A DNA stretch of 64,000 nt from Ranitomeya imitator (Eukaryota): the NCBI RefSeq assembly GCF_032444005.1, contig NC_091282.1, positions 174,282,001-174,346,000 of the forward strand, written 5' to 3'. The notes beneath the pieces are model-generated. The model saw only the letters and a list, made by a program, of their open reading frames with translations. It was not told where the DNA came from and did no database searches. The position numbers and the translations under genes were made by a program. Positions 51,053 to 63,221 of the stretch are shown here, piece after piece. Within the stretch, counting starts at the first letter, position 1. Each line of letters begins with the position of its first letter.

Positions 51053-54000
51053 ATTCCCCTTTTGAGGGTGACAGACATTGATTGGAACCCTCAAAGTAAA
51101 CATATTAATACGATCTTCTTTCTTCTTTTCTTCTTCTTTGGCAAAATAATTTAATGTTCATAATAATAATAATAATAATAATAATAATATTGCTATACGT
51201 ACTCAATACCATAATGATATGTAAATTCATGTTATGGTAAGCCCTGACTAATATTCATATAAAATATATAATTATTTATACTTCCCTATACATAATTGAA
51301 GCATCTCAGGTCCGATCATCATCTGATGTCATCTGGTCTTCATCTTGCTGTCTTCTTCTTGGTTCTTTTGAAACAATCTTTGTTATAATTCTTTTGAAAT
51401 AGATGATAGCATGTAGATATTGTAGAGACTGTGTGTCATGTGTCAATCAAAGTCCATAAATTCAAATGTTGATAAGAAAACAAAGTTCATAGATGAAATG
51501 TAGCTTTAATATCTGTGCAGTGTCACCTGGACACACCTGGACTTACATTGGCTCGCCTTGGAAATCATCTGGAATCCTTCCATATCATTCGCACCGGTCT
51601 TGGAACTGGTGTGACGTCTTTTGTCAGCACAGCAAGGGTTAAATTGACTCTTCCCTGCTAATCATAGCACCATAACCAGTCTTTAGTGCACAGGACACAT
51701 GTCAGGGTTGTAGCATCCTGACAATTACCTGATTGTTCACCAGCTTTCATGGAAGTCTTGTAGGTGATAGGAAACCACTGGAACATGATAAAACGTAATA
51801 ACACAATTCATCTTAGCATTATAGGATCATCGTACTTTCTAATTGTGGTTGTCAGTTTAGATACTGTACTCATAGTTGCCAGTGATGGATGCTGCAGTCG
51901 TGATTGTTAGTGATGACATGAATTGTATTTGACACAGTCTATTATTATTCAGAAATCATATAATGTTGTTACCTTGTGGAACTTCTGGATAGCGGATTTT
52001 TCTTCTTGCAACTTTTAAGAATCAATTGAATTTAGAAATATGAAAAGTCTTTATTAACGTAACTTCAGTATCTTGACTGAAGTCTTTGTTCCCTATCCTA
52101 TACCAAATCTGGTAATTTTCCTAACTTGTAATATCACAGCATACCATAGCAATCAATAATATCCATATAATTATTATCAGAATATTAATATTGAATTCAT
52201 ATTTGGAAAAATAAAATAATAATAATAAATGATAATACATTATTAATCATATTCTTCATGTGATAGGACATTTTTATGTCGTAGGTGTCATTTCTTTTTG
52301 AACCCATAGATGTCAGTGTGTCTTTTTATGTAACAAGTATTTCCATTTTTATTACTAAAACTTTATTAATAAATTATATTTATTACACCAATAATTTGTA
52401 AGAATGTATAGCCATAAACCAAAATAAGAATATATATGAATAAATGAATGAATGAGTGAAAGAATTGTTGTATTTAACTCAGAATTGAAACATTTTTCTT
52501 ATAATGAAACCATATGATCACTATATTTAATGAAGCGATATTCTTGTACTAGACATTACTTTATTAAATATTCATGTTTTCTTCTTGAGATAAAAAATAA
52601 AAATTAAGAAGAATGAAATAAGAATAAAAGTGAAAAATGAAAAATAAAAATTAGAATAAAAAAAAAAATAAGGCCTTTATATGTTGATGATAAATGCAGA
52701 GGTTATGTCTCAGTAACACATTCCCTTTAATATTTTCATTGTCATAACCTTGTATTACCAAAATATTGAAATTATGCAACTTTGCATATAATACCCTTCA
52801 TTAGAGTAAAAAACATGACTTTTATAATACTTAATGTTATTATACCCAATAACACCTTATTAATATTATTTTCTTTATCAAAATGTGTGAAAAAGTGGTA
52901 TTGATGAAATGTGATGAGTAATCAAGATCAAAAACACATTTCTAATATTATTTTAGGAAAAAAATAATTTGTGAAAACCAAAATTAAAAATAATTAATTT
53001 TATAACTGTCATTTCAGCCTTATGCTATATATATTTTTTTTGAAGATGTGTACCCATCTATGTAACCATTAAAAAAAAAACACAGAATACCATAAAATTA
53101 TCACTTGGAAAAATTATTCTAAATGTAGATTTTCTTGATAAACCATATTGATGTGTGATTGCACTTATTCACTATTAACTAAATCAAGAAATAATAATTA
53201 CTAAAGAAACATAGAAATATATGTTGAATAAATAATATTTCATAGAATACCATGAGGCCTCTCTCATACTGTACATACACATTCCACATTATTCACTTTT
53301 ACGTTAACTTCACTCTTAGCAGCTGCCCAAATACTCATCTATCATCTGTCACTCAGACTGTGACATACACATAAGTTGAAACTACATATTTCACTTACAA
53401 AGAATAAGAATACATGTATATTAACCCAAAATATTGTATCCTAGTTGTCAGTGCACATTGTAAACTATTACATTTAATATTTTAATATTTCTTTGAATAT
53501 TCCCCAAATACACATAACCTAACACTTTGTAAAACATCTATAGATAGGAAAGCTTATAAGAACTTGACCTTTGACTTGTAAAGGCTGAGGAGCTTCAAAA
53601 GTTTCTTCTTTCTAAGGTTACAAGTTTAAACTGAAACACCTGTTGTGACATGCCATGCAGTAAATATATTATTACCATGCAAAGAAAAAAAAACAAGTTT
53701 TAGATTGTTACAGGAAAAAATTACAGTACACAAATTTTAAATTGTTAGTTATGTATTATTTCTGTGTTAAATATATAAAATCATGCAGTTATTATAACTT
53801 CCTGTGTAAATAAAGACATCAATCCATGTAAGAGGTTTTTTTTTTTTAATTCCTGCTTTGAAATGAAAACTCTAAGGAAAAATAAAAGATAAAGGTTAAC
53901 GTCATATTTATTTAAAAACAAAATAATTTAAATATCTTACACATATGTATATATTTAATAAATGTATTTAATGTGATTCTAAGTATTATTACTGGAGTAA

Positions 54001-54325
54001 ATTTTAATTATTTCATTATACATATAAAAATCCAGTTATACAATCTCTACCTATACAAATATACTTACTTAGTATTTACTGTATACTATATGAATATATA
54101 ACTGCGCAATTATACTGTTTAAAATAATTACATATCAATAAATAATACATTGTATAACTCATTTACACATCATATAATATAATTACATTTTTAGCCAATT
54201 TCTAAACCAAATCTCAACTCTCTGTCGATAATTTGTTGAAAAGCTCTATTTAAAATTGTCATTTTTAGACCTATGGATTCTTTGAAGAGCTGTCTTTACA
54301 GACAGATCTGACCCGTCAGCTTTTA

Positions 54326-55265
54326 GGCCATGTTCACACCATCCTTTTTTTCATGCGGAATCGCCGCGATTTTCCCGCTGCGGGTCCGCAGCTGTTTTCC
54401 ATGCAGGGTACATTACAATGTACCCTATGGAAAACAGGAACTGCTGTGCCCACATTGCGGAAAATCGCGAAAAAAGCCGCGCTGAATAGCCGCGGTAAAA
54501 AAGAAGTACCATGTCACTTCTTTTTGCGGAACTGCAGCGGTTCTGCACCCATTGACCTCCATTGTGAGGTCAAACCCGCAGTAAAACCCGCAGATGAAAA
54601 AAATATCTGTGGGTTTTCTGCGGTTTGTGGTGCAGAACCGCTGCAGTGTGGCTGCCCCCCCGTGCCCCAATCCCACCCCCCATGCTCCGATGCCACCCCC
54701 GTGCTCCGACGCCCCCCCATGCCCTCATCTCCCCCCCTTATACTTACCCGGCCTCCCGGTGTCCGTCCGGCCGCCTTCTCCCTGGGCGCCGCCATCTTGC
54801 AAAATGGCGGGCGCATGCGCAGTGCGCCCGCCGAATCTGCCGGCCGGCAGATTCGTTCCAAAGTGCATTTTGATCACTGAGATATAACCTATCTCAGTGA
54901 TCAAAATAAAAAAAATAGTAAATGACCCCCCCCCTTTGTCACCCCCATAGGTAGGGACAATAAAAAAATTAAGAATTTTTTTTTTTTCCACTAAGGTTAG
55001 AATAGGGTTAGGGTTAGGGGTAGGGTTAGGGGTAGGGTTAGGGGTAGGGTTAGGGTTAGGGGTAGGGTTAGGGTATTTTCAGCCATTTTAACCCTAAAAA
55101 ACTTCCTAGAAAACACACAGACTCTGCATAGAAAACTGCATCAAAAAACGCATCAAAAAACGCACCAAAAAAGCACCAAAAAAAAGGACCTGCGTTTTCT
55201 GCCAAGAGCTGCGGTTTTTAGTCCTGAAAAAAAAGGAGGGAAATCAGGAACGTGTTAACATAGCC
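54326..55265. mobile_element. PIF/Harbinger-type MITE carrying telomere-like repeats
   Basis: TTA|GGCCATGTTCACAC ... GTGTTAACATAGCC|TTA. Confidence 0.85.
55003..55074 (+). repeat. Interstitial (TTAGGG/GTAGGG)n array
   Basis: About 12 hexamers mixing TTAGGG and GTAGGG. Confidence 0.92.
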
Positions 55266-55304
55266 TTAACCCTTTCAGAGCAGCTTCAGTGGAGAACTCC
55301 TGAA

Positions 55305-56285
55305 TCATTTGATAGGGCTTATAACAAATATGTAATTTTCTTCGTACTTCATACAGTAGATCTGATTTTGGAAATAACGCAGATTTGGAAATTTTGATTT
55401 TGGCTTCTGATAAGATTTAATTATGTCTGTGTTCAAAAACTTAGTATAATTTGTTTTGCTTTCAAGATTCTCATGTTTTCCAGAAAAATCATGGGATTGC
55501 GCACATACAGATAAAGAATCTTTTTGTGATGCAATAACACGAGATGCAGAATTTAGGAATCCGAATTTGTTTACAAAACAATTTATTATTGATTGTTTAG
55601 TGAAATTTGTAATGACAGTTTTGTACAACCTTTCAAATATGGACATGAATGTAAAAGTACATTCTTTTTGGACAATCCTTAATTTTAGAAGAATATCAAT
55701 ATCTGGATAATTTTCTTTTAAACCACAGAATATCAAAATTTTTAATCTTTCTATATCGGTTATTTCTTCATGGAACTCATCATTCTGCATTTTTAATGAG
55801 AACCTTCTGGAAACAGTTACTGGAAGCCACATTTTAAGCAACTGATTTTTCTCCTCATTAGTCAAATCAAACTTATCGGCAAAACGCTCAAATATCTTTG
55901 AATTTCTGCACACATGGATTTTGTGACCATATGCAGGAATGATTTTGCATAATTTTAACAAGATTTTCCTAGATTTCGTTTGAAGGAGTTGGGCTTCTGA
56001 GTCCTCTTCTATTTTTAGTGGTCTTTGTACATCTGTCTCTTGTACATCATCTTTGTCAGTTGTCATGTCTCCTACGTTTACTCCATCTTGTTTTTCATCA
56101 TGAGACACCAGGTCACCTTGAGTGGCCATTACAGACACGTGTCTCACATCTTGTTCACTCTCCACATTACAGTTAATCTTGGGAGCATCAATAATATCAT
56201 CTGATATTATTTTTACACGGTCATTTTTGCATTTCTCTGAAACGAACTTATGAAATACGTCAACCATTTGTAAAACATTTTTCAA
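55305..56285 (-). CDS. 326-aa ORF, putative Gag-like protein of the LTR element
   Basis: Longest non-repetitive ORF in the window, in the same orientation as the LTR and in a gag-like position. No CCHC knuckle or other motif recognised, so the assignment is positional only. Confidence 0.45.
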   Translation of the reverse strand: MKNVLQMVDVFHKFVSEKCKNDRVKIISDDIIDAPKINCNVESEQDVRHVSVMATQGDLVSHDEKQDGVNVGDMTTDKDDVQETDVQRPLKIEEDSEAQLLQTKSRKILLKLCKIIPAYGHKIHVCRNSKIFERFADKFDLTNEEKNQLLKMWLPVTVSRRFSLKMQNDEFHEEITDIERLKILIFCGLKENYPDIDILLKLRIVQKECTFTFMSIFERLYKTVITNFTKQSIINCFVNKFGFLNSASRVIASQKDSLSVCAQSHDFSGKHENLESKTNYTKFLNTDIIKSYQKPKSKFPNLRYFQNQIYCMKYEENYIFVISPIK

Positions 56286-58787
56286 TTGCTCTTTTTGTTT
56301 TTTTAAATTAGCTTAGAATCTATCTTTAGATTTGCTATCTTACATTCTGCAAATAAAGAAAGCCAAAATATTTCTACATTTTTAGACTTTTCACCTAGAC
56401 TTAAAAATTCCAGCTGACTTGACTTAACATATGAATTAATTAAATCTATTTTTCTTACCTTGAAATATCTCAGCTTGTAGTTCCTTTGTTGGACAATGCT
56501 GGGCTCTGGTCATCAGCACATCTGTCTTCAGCACGTCTGTCTTCAGCACGTCTGGCACTTGTAGTACTCCTGCTAATTGTCAATCCATCTGGCACCTGTT
56601 AAGTCTCCTTACTCATAGGTTCTGTGAGAGCATGGGGCACAGTATCCCTAAATTATTAGCTTACAAATTTCACACACATAGCATGCTGTTGACACATTTC
56701 TCCTACAGAAGCAGATAATACATTTCAATCATACAGCATGTTTTCAAATTTTCCAGAGAAAGCTGATTCAAAATTTCACACTCAGTCAAAAAGGCACAGT
56801 ACCCCCACAGCTCAAAAATGTCTGCTACAGTAGCATATGTTAAAAATGGCACCGATGAAAAGCTGGCTGTATGATCTTGAATTGAGGTGGCGGTCCACAG
56901 TAAGGCTTGCTATCAACAGTGAAGTTAAACATTTCACATAGCAAGTTTTAGACACATTTCACCCCACAGCTAAAAAAGTACCTCCTGTAGCCACAAGACA
57001 TACAACTGCCAGCCCCAGCCCCTTTGCCTTGGAATGTCTCCCAATGCTCTTGCCTTAGGATTTTGGGGGCATGAAGTGTTTCCCTTGAAAACATTAGTGT
57101 TCAAAGCAGTCAACCAAATCTTAATGCTTCAGTTAGGGATAATGTAATTGTACTCTGTTTCTATTTTCTTTTCTGTTCCAACTGGGGCCATGATTATGAG
57201 GGGACCCAGTGGAACACAAAGTGAAGGTACTGGATACACTCTCAGCCATTCAATCTCAAACCATCTAAAGGCAAGGTTGCAGAGTACACACATGCAATGG
57301 AGAATCATGTTTCCATTCTAAAGACGCAATCTGATAAATGTATAACACATCCAAGACAGGCAGCAGTCAAGCAAATTAACCACTTTTTCAACTGTCAGCA
57401 GCTGATATTGAAGTATATGTTAGCCATCCGTGACAATTTAGAGGGTCTGCAATTGGAATGATTAGTTAAATAATTTAATGGGCGTTAAGCAATTATTTTT
57501 TAGGCACAGTACTTATACACACATGGCTGCAGAGTACATAGAGGTTTTTGGTCACAATTAGTGTTGAGCGATACCTTCCAATATTCAGAAATATTGGTAT
57601 CGGATTGGTGGAACTCGGATACCCAAAAGGAGGCACCTAAGCCAAAGGCTCTGCCTGGAACCAGCTGACGGTACTGGAATCAGGATGTGGAGCAAAAGGT
57701 ACAAGAGCAAAAGACACTGCTGAGAACCAGCTGACAGTACTGGAACCCGGATGGGTAGCAGATGGTACAAGAGCCAATGGAACTACAGAGGACCAGCTAA
57801 CGGTACTGGAACCCGATTACTAAGCAGGAGGTACCCGTGCCAGAAAGCACTACCAAGGACCACCGGACGTTGGTGGAACTCGGATACCCAGAAGGCGGCA
57901 CCTAAGCCAAAGACTCTTCCTGGAACCAGCTGACGATACTGGAACCAGGAGGACCTATTCAAGATTGTCTTCCAAAGAACCAGATAATGGTGCTGGAACT
58001 CAGATAGGCAGCAGAAAGTCCACAGGAAAAAAATAATTGCTAGGCCGTGAGCCGGTCGTAGTTACCGAAAACCCACAGTCCTTCAAGGGGAGCTTGTCCT
58101 ATTGGCACTACGGAACCAGCCTTGATTGCCAGTTCTTAAAACCCACATAGGAAGCACCTAAACTGCAGGTACCATAGATTTGGCTAACCCGACCGCAACC
58201 CGACAGGACAATGTATTGTAGGCAAAGTGACCTTGACACTACCCGAAACAGCTGGTGTGCTTGAACCAGGCTGGGCAGGAGGGAGTACCCATGAAAAAGA
58301 CACTTCTGAACAGCAACTGGCGGTGTTGGAGCCCAGGGATTACATGAGAAACAGAGTGTAGGCCGAGGCCTAATTGGAGCAAGTTTCAAATCTGTATTAG
58401 TGTGAGTGTGGAGTTAGCAGGACAAATTGCCGGATACACAGCTGGGGATCAGCTGATGTTACTGAACCCCAATAACACGCCAGCAAGTGTTGACTGTTCA
58501 GACAGCACTTCCGAGCAGCAACTGGCAGTGTTGGAGCCCAGGGTCAATCAGGGTGTAGGCCGAGGCCTAAATGGAGCAAGTTTAATATCTGATGTAATGT
58601 GAATGTGGAGGGAGCAGGAGACATTGCCGGACACACAGCAGGGGAGCAGCTGGCACTACTGAACCCCACTAACACAGGAGCTAGTGTTTTTCTCTGTGCA
58701 GACGGCACTTCTGAGCAGCAACTGGTGGTGTTGGAGCCCAGGGAATCCAGGAGAAACAGAGTGTAGGCTGAGGCCTACACTTGAGAC

Positions 58788-59220
58788 TAGGGTTGAGTGA
58801 CTTTTCTTTTTATAGGATCGGGTCGGGTTTCACGAAACCCGACTTTTTCAAAAGTCAGGTCGAGTGAAATCGTCCGATCCTATAGAAAAGTCGGGGTCGG
58901 GGTCGGCCGAAACACGAAACCCAATGCGGTGCATTGGGTTTCTAATGGTTCCCAGGGTCTGAAGGAGAGGAAACTCTCCTTCAGGCCCTGGGATCCATAT
59001 TTAAGTGTAAAATAAAGAATCAAAATAAAAAATATAGATACACTTACCCTCGGACGCGCCCTGGTTCTCGCCGGCAGCCTTCCTTCCTAAGAATCAGCGC
59101 CTGAAGGACCTTCGATGACGTCGCGGCTTGTGATTGGTCGTGTGAGAGGTCACATGGCCGTCACACGACCAATCACAAGCCGCGACGTCATCTAAGGTCC
59201 TTCAGGCGCTGATTCTTAGG
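58788..59220. mobile_element. hAT-type MITE fragment (43781-44500 family)
   Basis: Begins tagggttgagtgac and is the reverse complement of about 44060-44500. Confidence 0.8.
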
Positions 59221-59239
59221 GTTACTAGGGATCCTAACA

Positions 59240-59527
59240 CTAACCCTAGGGATCCTAACCCTAACCCTAGCTATTTCTGTTTATAGTGGGTTTTCTAGTT
59301 GATTTTGATGATTGGCATCTGTCACACACTTCTCATCATGCATTTCAAAAACACAAACGCGGTAAAAAATGCTTGTAAACGCGTCAAAACGCCGCGTTTT
59401 TTTTACCACATGCAAAAACGCATGCGTCTAAAAAACGCAGCATTTGCACGCATTTACATGCGTTTTTTGCACCACATGCGTTTGCGTTAAAAACGCTGCA
59501 TTTTTTAATGCAAATGTGAAACTAGCC
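59240..59527. mobile_element. PIF-type MITE right part with CCCTAA repeats
   Basis: Contains cctaaccctaaccctag and ends tgtgaaactagcc|TAA. Confidence 0.6.
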
Positions 59528-59692
59528 TAACACAGGAGCTAGTGTTTTTCTCTGTGCAAACGGCACTTCCGAGCACCAACTGGTGGTGTTGGAGCCCAGG
59601 GTCAATCAGGGTGTAGGCCGAGGCCAAATTTGAGCTAGTTTAATATCAGTTGTAGTGTGAGCGTGGAGGTAGCAGGACAAATTGACGGATAC

Positions 59693-60365
59693 GATACGAT
59701 ACGATACAATACACTTATGGTATCACAGCAGCACAACCTAAATCATAAAAATCATAAAGGAATTACATAGTTGACATGACAGTGGAGTTGACAGAAGAAC
59801 ATTATACATTATACATTAGAATAGGACATACACAACAAGTGAACTGAAATGTAGAGAAATAAGTAGACATTCACCTTGGTGGTTTAACCCTAATGTTATT
59901 GTTGTACATTCCGATGGCAGTTGGCACAAACGATTTCCTATATTTTTCCTTCTTACACCTCAGAAGTATAAGCCGGTTACTGAAGGTGCTCTTCTGTCTC
60001 ATGAATAGCTCATATAATAGATGTGCATTATTGTTCATAATTGCCATACACTTTTTCAGAGTTCTTTTCTCCACTACCTCCCCAAAAGAGTCCAGATTGC
60101 AGCCCACAGCAGAACTTGCCTTCATAATAATCTTATTCAGCTTATTAGCATAAGAGGCCAGCACACTACTACCCCAGCACGTGATTGCAAAAAAGATGGC
60201 ACTTGCCACTACAGATTGGTAGAACATTTCTAACATTTTGCTACACACATTAAAAGACCTCAGTTTCCTTAGGAAATACAATCTGCTCATCCCCTTCTTG
60301 TAGACAAACTCTGAGTGGCATCTCCAGTCCAGTTTGCTATCCAAATGGACCCCAGCTATCCAAAT
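59693..60365 (-). mobile_element. Rex1/Babar-type LINE 3' end (5'-truncated)
   Basis: ORF 59871-60344 reads GVHLDSKLDW..SRLYFLRKLRSFNV..FYQSVVASAIFFAITCWG..RKSFVPTAI. (GTATC)n tail near 59693, with ggatac on both flanks. Confidence 0.85.
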
Positions 60366-60865
60366 GGATACACAGCAGAGGACCAGCTGACGTTACTGAA
60401 CCCAACTAACACAGGAGCTAGTGTTTTTCTCTGTGCAGACGGCACTTCCGAGCACCAACTGGCGCTGTTGGAGCCCAGGTATTACAGGAGAATCAGAGTG
60501 TAGGCTGAGGCCTACACTCGAGGCAGTTTAATATCTAAAATACAAATGAACAAAGGGGGCTGCCGCGCTAATACACATGTGCCGGTGCACAACCTTATGT
60601 GCCTGTAGTCACTGCATGTTCTGGAAATGTTAGGGCGGCATTTACTTGTGTGCCCGAAATCTCTGGTGATGCAGCTAGGTAAGCTGAGTCCACGGTTGAG
60701 GAGAGTCCTCCCTTTGCACCGTATATGGCTCCTGAAACCCCCTCTGCAAGAACCGGCAGTCTGCCTCGGCCGAAGGCACCACCGTATAGTAGCGTGGTGT
60801 GCGGGGGGCATGGTTAGTGGTGGCGTCACCTACCCGTGTAAGACGGACATGTACAAGTGCCAATT

Positions 60866-60898
60866 ACCGACGCATTTTGAGGGAACCTTTCTCAAGGT
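60866..60898 (-). ncRNA. Hammerhead remnant in the PLE 3' region
   Basis: Minus strand: ACC-TTGAGAA-A-GGTTCCCTC-AAAAT-GC-GTC-GGT. U3-A8 core; AAAATG equals GAAACG after CpG transitions; GUC site; 3-bp stem I. Confidence 0.55.
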
Positions 60899-61518
60899 TG
60901 TTGTACCTGTACTATCGCTAACCATTTATACCCCCATGTTATTCCCTGCTGATGTGCCAATCTGCCTGATTGGCTTACGAATGGCATTATCTTTGACACT
61001 CTGCTAACCAAGCTTGCACGTGATGGATTCTGCATTACCACTAACTTACATATGTAAACTTCACAAATGTTACCCTATAGGAAAAGAAGGATAACTTCCC
61101 TTTGCATTAGATACTTGTTATCTAAGGGGCTATTTGTTTCTCCAGTCTCTAAAAACCCTATTAAATACCCATTTTGATGTACGTGCAATAGAGAGATCCC
61201 ATGTCCTAGCTCAAACATACAGTGCAAATATAAAAACAGTGCAAATATAACCCCCTGTGACAGTATAAAAATTGTATTTTATTCATCACAAAAAATAAAA
61301 ATATATAAAAATATATACATGTATGTGTATAAACATTTAAATATGAATAAAAACTACAATATTAACCCCAAAAACACATACAAACATTTTTTTAAATTGT
61401 AATTTATATATAAAAAACCTTTATAATTTCATTGTTTCTATATATACTTACATTTAAATTTATTACCACTCAGAAATCCTTTACAATCATTAAAATAATG
61501 GTACCAAATATTGCTCAA

Positions 61519-63221
61519 CTACAGGGCATACAATTCTATTTCGTAAATGAGTCCCTTTGGGGCCAAACTGTCAAATGTAAAAATCCACTTAGACTCAACT
61601 CTTGACATGCTCCTCAAAAAGTCCCCGCCTCGAGGATTTTTTTGCACAATCTGGATGCCGCAGAATGACATTCCATTACACGCCCGGCCGTGTTTCTCTG
61701 CATAATGGCGTGACAGAGGATGTCCCCCAAATCCCTTGGCAATATTATCCAAATGTTCCTTTATCCTATCTCGCAATCTTCTCTTAGTGCGGCCCATATA
61801 GAGTTTGTCACAGGGGCACCTGATTGTGTAAATGACCTCTGTCAAATAACAGGATATGTTGTCTTTAATAATAAATGCTTCGGTCCTCTCTGTGTTCCAA
61901 AACAATGTTTGAACCGACTTTTTACATTTTGTCCGTACGCAACAGGGGCAAGTCCCACAAGTAGTGAACCCCCTACTATTTGGTCCTGAGTTACTTATTG
62001 GTTTTATATGTCCACCATTCATTCCCATTCTAATAGTTGGGGCTATGATATACCCAATATTCTTAGCCTTTCTGAAAACAAATCTCGGTTTATCAGATAT
62101 TAGTTCTCCCACAATTCTATCCTTTTGAATTATGTTAGTGAATCTTTTTCAGTTCGCATGATATTGAGTGATAAATGGTATTTTCCCAATTTCTTGCGCT
62201 ATACTCAAGGGTTCCGGTATTGTTTTTGTTCCATAGATCAAATTCCCTCTGGGAACGGCCTTAACCTCTTGCCTAACTTTCTTCAGAGATGTCTCACAGT
62301 ACCCTCTTTCTGCAAATTGGTTCTTTAAATAATTAGATTCCTCATTATAATCATCTTCTTTTGTGCAATTCTGTCTTATGCGTGTAAATTAGCTTTTAGG
62401 AATATTTGAAAGCCATGACGGGAGGTGACAACTGTCTGTATGGGTGTAACTATTACAATCCACTTCCTTATGGTAGCATTTGGTGAATATGATATGTAGA
62501 TGTTCAAATCCAAAAAATTAACATTAGATGTAGTCATGGTAGGTGTAAATTCCAAACCATATGAGTTATTATTCAATCCCCTTAAGAAAGATATTAAGAT
62601 CCGACTGTGTCCCTTCCCATATAAATAACACATCAATGAAGCATTGCCACATAATTAGGTAATTAGGCCTTTTCTTAGTTGGCCATTCTGATAAATATGT
62701 GGCTTCTCCCATTTTCCCACATACAAATTAGCATAACTTGGGGCAAACTTTGTACCCATAGCCGTGCCCCAAGTTTGCAAATAAAACTTTTTACAGTAAA
62801 TAAAATAATTGTGTTGGAGAATAAATTCCATACTCTCCACAATATATGCCATTTGGGTAGGATTATAGGAGTGTAGCTGTTCTAAAAAATATTCAGCTGA
62901 TGAGCAACCCTTCTCTTGGTTGATGACCGTGTATAAAGACTTGATGTCTAGCATGCCAAGTATATAATTACTGGCCCAGCTGGTAGTTTCTAAAATCCGT
63001 ATCGCATCCCCTGTATCTTTTAGATAGGCTGGGAGTAGTGTAACGCATTTCTGCAAGTGTACATCTACATACTCTGATAAATTAGCCGTCAGGCAATTTA
63101 TGCCTGATACGATGGGTCTACCTGATGGGCATGTGGAATTCTTATGCAGTTTCAGGATGTGATAGAAGACTGCCACACTTGGTGTTTTAGTATTAATATA
63201 TTGGAACTCCTTCTTATTCAA
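61519..63221 (-). pseudogene. Penelope RT and GIY-YIG endonuclease (fragmented)
   Basis: RT: FYHILKLHK..SGRPIVSG..LDIKSLYT..QTWGTAMGTKFAPSYANLYV. Endonuclease: CGTCPCC..VIYTIRCPCDKLYMGRTKRRLRDRIKEH..ESKWIFTFDSLAPKGL. Confidence 0.92.

Larger units (their letters stand above)
50609..57400 (-). mobile_element. ERV-like LTR element body, AT-rich, no pol, 5' LTR not found
   Basis: 3' LTR and PPT, about 3 kb of AT-rich non-coding DNA, one long ORF (55305-56285) and a leader with short tandem motifs. The extent is inferred and the 5' boundary approximate. Confidence 0.5.
57559..60530. repeat. hAT-associated ~60-bp and ~200-bp tandem arrays, multiply interrupted
   Basis: Starts with the tagtgttgagcgatacc TIR (same as 23044). 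~60-bp ggaaccagctgac units at 57630-58030. ~200-bp gtgtaggccgaggcc units at about 58357, 58554, 58762, 59612 and 60499. Confidence 0.7.

Noticed and set aside
56460-56616. Apparent spliced mini-ORF (ATG A|GA GTA...CAA G|GTAAGA) in the ERV-like leader
   Set aside because: The first intron would be only 43 nt, too short for a typical vertebrate intron, and no downstream partner exon was identified.
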